Assembly: GCA_903928285.1 (NCBI GenBank) | Contig: CAIYQH010000620.1 | Span: 1 to 32,290, forward strand | Origin: an uncultured Bacteroidales bacterium | GTDB lineage: Bacteria; Bacteroidota; Bacteroidia; Bacteroidales; FEN-979 | Reading direction: 5' to 3' | Length of the DNA stretch: 32,290 bases | In this document: positions 28,532 to 32,290 of the stretch, one piece after another | Numbering within the stretch: position 1 is the stretch's first letter | Layout of the letters: the number at the start of each line of letters is the position of its first letter | Program-made: the position numbers and the translations under genes | The notes under the pieces: generated by a model | The model's input: only the letters and a program-made list of their open reading frames with translations | Told to the model about the DNA's origin: nothing | Database searches by the model: none

Positions 28532-29056
28532 CTACTTCTGTCGTTCGTAAGTAACCCTTACATCTACCGACTGGGCATGTTCCATGATCACCATCCGGTC
28601 CTGGCTGATCTCTTCGATTTCAATCACAAATTTTGTTTTATTGGCCAGGTTCTTGGCAACGATCCGCGTTCCATTGCCCTTCATTTTCCAGGTGGCGTTC
28701 AGGGGTTTTGCCGGGTAATGCTTGATGGCGGTTTTATTGGCGAAAATTTCAAGGGTGGCCCGCATTTCAATCTGCTGAAGGCGTTCCAGGTTTGCCCCTC
28801 TTCTGGCGTCTTCACCTGCTTCGCCTGTTTTGCCGGGTACACCGGGTTTGCCCGGTTTCGCAACTTTTGCAGTGGTATCTCCGGCATGCGGATGAGCCGC
28901 CAGCAGGGCGGAGGAGTCGACAACCCGTTCAACTTTCACGGGTCTCCACAGGCCAACGATTATTTTTTCATTCGGATGCGGTACAACAGCACAGGCGGTC
29001 ATCAAAAAGAGCGCAATGGCAACGAGAGATAATGCAAGGGTTTTGTTTCTGTTCAT
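28532..29056 (-). CDS. Small hypothetical lipoprotein with short collagen-like Gly-X-Y insert
   Basis: The signal/lipobox-like N-terminus is MNRNKTLALSLVAIALFLMTAC. The protein is 174 aa and contains the GKPGVPGKTGEAGED stretch. I recognise no enzymatic motif. Confidence 0.6.
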   Translation of the reverse strand: MNRNKTLALSLVAIALFLMTACAVVPHPNEKIIVGLWRPVKVERVVDSSALLAAHPHAGDTTAKVAKPGKPGVPGKTGEAGEDARRGANLERLQQIEMRATLEIFANKTAIKHYPAKPLNATWKMKGNGTRIVAKNLANKTKFVIEIEEISQDRMVIMEHAQSVDVRVTYERQK

Positions 29057-29096
29057 GTTTGATATTTTTTTTTAAAACGGGATTTATGAATTTTTA

Positions 29097-31781
29097 TTAT
29101 AAAGTTTTTACAACATCCACAGTTGAATCGTGGTTGTTGATCTTTACATCGAAGCCCCGCTTCTGGAAAACGGAGATCATCCGCTTGTTATCGGTGGTGG
29201 TCTGGGCGACAATTTTCTTCAGTTTTCCTCCTTCCGCCACTTCGAGACAAAAATCGGTAAGGATGTTCCCGAGATCTTTTTGCTGCCAGGCATCCACGAT
29301 CAATACGGCATATTCAACGGTTTCATGGTCAGGATCCGCCACCAGGCGGCCTACCCCGATCAGCTTTTTTTCACCGTTTTCGACGATCTCGGCAACGATG
29401 GCAATTTCGCGGTCATAATCGATATAGCAATAACGGGTGGCCACCTCATGGGTTTCCCAGTGGAAGAAATAGCGAAACCGGCTGTACAGCGATTCTTTGG
29501 AACAGGATCCCAGCATTTCGAGCCACATAGGCTCATCCTCCGGTTTGATCGGCCTGAGAAGCACCTCGGTTCCATCCTGCAAAATCTTTGATTTTACATA
29601 TTTTTCAGGATAGGGATGCAGGGCGAGATGATTGTAGGGATCCTCCTCGCGCCAATGGATGGCCGGATCGATGACAATCCGGGCATCCAGCGCCACAGCG
29701 TCATCCTGTGTAACCAGCAGCGGGTTGATATCGAGTTCGGTGATTTCGGGGTAATCCGCTGCCAGGTAGGATAGCCGGATCAACACCTGGATAAGCTTGT
29801 CGGTATTCTTGGGCGGGGTGCCGCGATAACCCTTCAGAAGGGGATAGATCTTCAGCGACTCGATCATGTGGCGGGCCAGTCGTTCGTTCAGGGGAGGGAA
29901 TCCCAGCGCCTTGTCGCCAAAGAGCTCGGCCGTCAAACCGCCCATTCCCACCATCAGTACTGTTCCGAAGACACTGTCTTTTTTAATGCCCAGGATCATC
30001 TCCACCGCCTCTTTCGGATGGACCATCTTCTGCACGGTCAGCCCTTCGATGCGGGCCCCGGGTTGCCTGGCCGAAACCGACTCCATGATCCGTTCCCAGG
30101 CCGCCCGCACCATCTTTTCCGTACCCAGGTTCAGCTGCACGCCACCCACATCCGACTTATGGGTGATATCGGGCGAATGGATTTTCAGCACCACCGGGTA
30201 GCCGATCCTGCCGGCGATCGTTACCGCATCATCAGCGCTGGTAGCCAGGAAGGGCTTTGTGGTGGATATCCCGAAGTTCTCGAGCATCGATTTGGAGATG
30301 TCTTCCGGGAGGATGGTTCCCTGCCCGGCGATCATCCGGCCGAAGGCCTCGCGCAATTGCCGCCGGTTCAGGTTAAACTCCACAGGGATATCCTTCGGGG
30401 TTTCATAAAGGGTGGCCAGGTTGCGGTTATAGGCCACCATGGTCATAAAGGCACGGATGGCCTGTTCCGGGGTCTTATAGGAGGGGATGCCGCTTTCGAC
30501 GAGGATATCATCCGCCTCATGCATGCTTTGTCCACCCAGCCAGGCGGCCAGGATCGGTTTTTTTGTGGTGGTTACCAGAGCGCTGATCTCCCTGGCCGTG
30601 GCATCCGGGTTGGTCATGGCCTGGGGCGTAAGGATCACCAGCACGGCATCAACGCCCTTATCCCCTAACACGATCTGGGTGGCCTTTGCAATGCGTTTGG
30701 CCCTCGCGTCGCCCAGCACATCCACGGGGTTGCCGTGCGACCAGAACTGCGGCAGGTTTTCGTTCAGCAGGGTCATGGTCTCTTCGGAAAGTTCAGCCAG
30801 GTGACCATTTGCGGCGATCAGGGCATCGGTGGCCATCACTCCCGGGCCACCGGCATTGGTGACGATTCCCAGCCGCGGACCCTGTGGAAAGCGGCCCCGG
30901 CCGATCAGCTCGGCAACGCTGAAAATATCCCCGATCTCATATACCCGGGCCAGACCGGCCCGCTGAAAGGCGGCGTCATACACGGCATCTTCCGAGGCCA
31001 TCGCCCCGGTATGTGAAGCGGCAACCTGGGCCGACTCGGGGAAACGTCCTGCCTTATATACGATAATGGGTTTCTTTCTTGCAAAAGCCCTGGCGGCGGT
31101 CATGAAATTCCGCGGATTCTGTATTGATTCGATATAGAGGATGATACAATGGGTGTTCTCATCCTCCCCGAAATAGTCGATCAGGTCGCCAAATCCCACA
31201 TCAATGCTGTTCCCGATGGAGACAAACTGCGAAAAGCCGATCTTCCCCTCCATGGCCCAGTCGAGCACCGAGGTGCACAACGCCCCTGACTGCGAAATGA
31301 AGGCGATATTGCCGGGTTTTGGCATGTCGGAGGCAAAGGAGGCGTTGAGTTTCAACCCGGGAACGATGATACCCAGGCAATTCGGCCCGATCACGCGCAT
31401 CCCTTCAAATTTGCGGATTTCCGACTTAATCGCCTCTTCCAGCTTTTTACCCTCATCGCCGATCTCTTTGAAACCGGCCGAAATGATTATGATCCCCCTG
31501 ATCCCTAACTCCCCGCATTCCCTGATCACTGCCGGCACCTTTTCGGCAGGGGAACAGATAATCGCCAGGTCGGGAACCTTTGGCAGGGACTGAATGCCCG
31601 GATAACAGGGAATCCCCATCACCGCTTCGTGGTCGGGATTCACCGGATAAACCACCCCGCGGAAACCTCCGCTGACAAGGTTGATAAGAACCTTTCCGCT
31701 TACACTGTTGGGATTGGTGGTTACGCCTACAAGAACAATCCGCTGCGGATTGAAGATGTTGTTGAGTTTGTGGATATTCAT
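29097..31781 (-). CDS. Pat-type bifunctional protein: ADP-forming acyl-CoA synthetase-like (CoA-binding + succinyl-CoA-synthetase-like + ATP-grasp) region fused to a C-terminal GNAT acetyltransferase
   Basis: The N-terminal CoA-binding region is PQRIVLVGVT...VYPVNP, and ISQSGAL is also present. The ATP-grasp segment is GYPVVLKIHSPDITHKSDVGGV. The C-terminal GNAT-like segment is ...IAIVAEIVENGEKKLIGVGRL...WQQKDLGNIL. The length (894 aa) is typical of Pat/PatZ-like lysine acetyltransferases. Confidence 0.88.
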   Translation of the reverse strand: MNIHKLNNIFNPQRIVLVGVTTNPNSVSGKVLINLVSGGFRGVVYPVNPDHEAVMGIPCYPGIQSLPKVPDLAIICSPAEKVPAVIRECGELGIRGIIIISAGFKEIGDEGKKLEEAIKSEIRKFEGMRVIGPNCLGIIVPGLKLNASFASDMPKPGNIAFISQSGALCTSVLDWAMEGKIGFSQFVSIGNSIDVGFGDLIDYFGEDENTHCIILYIESIQNPRNFMTAARAFARKKPIIVYKAGRFPESAQVAASHTGAMASEDAVYDAAFQRAGLARVYEIGDIFSVAELIGRGRFPQGPRLGIVTNAGGPGVMATDALIAANGHLAELSEETMTLLNENLPQFWSHGNPVDVLGDARAKRIAKATQIVLGDKGVDAVLVILTPQAMTNPDATAREISALVTTTKKPILAAWLGGQSMHEADDILVESGIPSYKTPEQAIRAFMTMVAYNRNLATLYETPKDIPVEFNLNRRQLREAFGRMIAGQGTILPEDISKSMLENFGISTTKPFLATSADDAVTIAGRIGYPVVLKIHSPDITHKSDVGGVQLNLGTEKMVRAAWERIMESVSARQPGARIEGLTVQKMVHPKEAVEMILGIKKDSVFGTVLMVGMGGLTAELFGDKALGFPPLNERLARHMIESLKIYPLLKGYRGTPPKNTDKLIQVLIRLSYLAADYPEITELDINPLLVTQDDAVALDARIVIDPAIHWREEDPYNHLALHPYPEKYVKSKILQDGTEVLLRPIKPEDEPMWLEMLGSCSKESLYSRFRYFFHWETHEVATRYCYIDYDREIAIVAEIVENGEKKLIGVGRLVADPDHETVEYAVLIVDAWQQKDLGNILTDFCLEVAEGGKLKKIVAQTTTDNKRMISVFQKRGFDVKINNHDSTVDVVKTL

Positions 31782-31818
31782 GGCAGATACCGGGATGGAA
31801 AAATAGCGAAATGTTACG

Positions 31819-31826
31819 CAAAGTTA
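31819..31826 (-). promoter_or_regulatory. Candidate -7 promoter box for the Pat-like gene (TAACTTTG on minus strand)
   Basis: Plus-strand caaagtta reverse-complements to TAacTTTG, an exact TAnnTTTG match, about 38 nt upstream of the ATG at 31781. The -33 TTTG is not exact. Confidence 0.35.
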
Positions 31827-31895
31827 AGTTAAAATCGATTTTATAAACCCGGGAAATTTGGCTTATTTTGCAGTCTGTATCTTAACTTGCACCAA

Positions 31896-32290
31896 ATGAA
31901 AAAAAACCTACTGACTTCTCTCCTTTGCACGATGATGGTTGCCCATGTTGCCATTGCACAAACAAAAGAACCTGTTGCCAATTCCCCGGAGCCGAAACCC
32001 CCGGTTTTCGGGATCAATTTTTCAGGGTTCGTCAATACCGACATGTTTTACGATTCCCGTCAAACCGTGATGACCCGCGACGGCGACTGGCTGTTTTATC
32101 CCGACGTGGTAAAACCCGACGCCAATGGCAAGGATATCAATGCAAAGGGAACCTTTGACATACTCAGTATCCTCACGCGGCTTACCGGCACCATTACCGG
32201 GCCCGACATCTTCAAAGCAAAAACCTCCGGCGTCATCGAGGGGGAATTTTACGGTAATGTTGCCGCAAGCATCAACTCCTTCAGGTTGCG
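31896..32290 (+). CDS. Putative outer-membrane porin-like beta-barrel protein, 3'-partial (runs off window)
   Basis: This ORF is not in the supplied track because it has no stop in the window. My translation from ATG 31896 is MKKNLLTSLLCTMMVAHVAIAQTKEPVANSPEPKPPVFGINFSGFVNTDMFYDSRQTV...GEFYGNVAASINSFRL. It has a clear signal peptide with an AxA-like cleavage site and no stops to nt 32290. The listed 31925..32158 ORF is in another frame and looks spurious. Confidence 0.6.
   Translation, partial: MKKNLLTSLLCTMMVAHVAIAQTKEPVANSPEPKPPVFGINFSGFVNTDMFYDSRQTVMTRDGDWLFYPDVVKPDANGKDINAKGTFDILSILTRLTGTITGPDIFKAKTSGVIEGEFYGNVAASINSFRL

Noticed and set aside
31925-32158. 77-aa plus-strand ORF (and the 67-aa minus-strand ORF 31841..32044) near the window end
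   Set aside because: A different plus frame, from ATG 31896, is open to the window end and encodes a signal peptide plus OMP-like sequence. The listed ORFs are Arg/Cys-rich and overlap it, so they are considered artefacts.

Overview
The window is densely coding, with about 26 CDS and intergenic gaps mostly under 150 nt. I found no rRNA or tRNA genes, CRISPR arrays, integrases, transposases or other mobile-element hallmarks. Lipoprotein and OMP signal peptides, several TAnnTTTG-type -7 boxes, weak Shine-Dalgarno usage and a LolA-like/FtsX cluster suggest a Bacteroidota-like Gram-negative genome; this is inference only. All domain calls were made by eye from motifs in the supplied translations, with no HMM or BLAST run.

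There are two strand blocks.

(A) The plus-strand block (1-14824) contains:
- a secreted PQQ/BamB-like beta-propeller, truncated at the 5' window edge
- a MaoC-like hotdog dehydratase
- an RDD-family membrane protein with a large unknown domain
- a NuoE-NuoF-ferredoxin fusion and a 2Fe-2S/GltD-like Fe-S flavoprotein
- a second secreted beta-propeller
- a GT4 glycosyltransferase
- an ABC ATPase and a giant double-FtsX permease
- an SRPBCC protein

(B) The minus-strand block (14786-31781) contains:
- a six-gene stressosome-type operon (STAS-like, RsbR-like, RsbS-like, RsbT-like, RsbT-like::PP2C, RsbT-like::hybrid histidine kinase with two receivers)
- a prolyl oligopeptidase
- a TetR / LolA-like / FtsX / FtsX / ABC ATPase / beta-barrel OMP cluster
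- a small lipoprotein
- a Pat-type (ADP-forming acyl-CoA synthetase-like + GNAT) acetyltransferase

A 3'-partial porin-like OMP gene starts at 31896 on the plus strand.

The best candidates for something under-described are:
1. The stressosome-like module. It has no sigma-factor output and carries the RsbT-type kinase domain three times in three fusion contexts.
2. The NuoEF-like / GltD-like redox pair. Its GltD-like flavoprotein appears to lack the NAD(P)H-binding subdomain, it has no catalytic partner nearby, and it is translationally coupled to a secreted beta-propeller.
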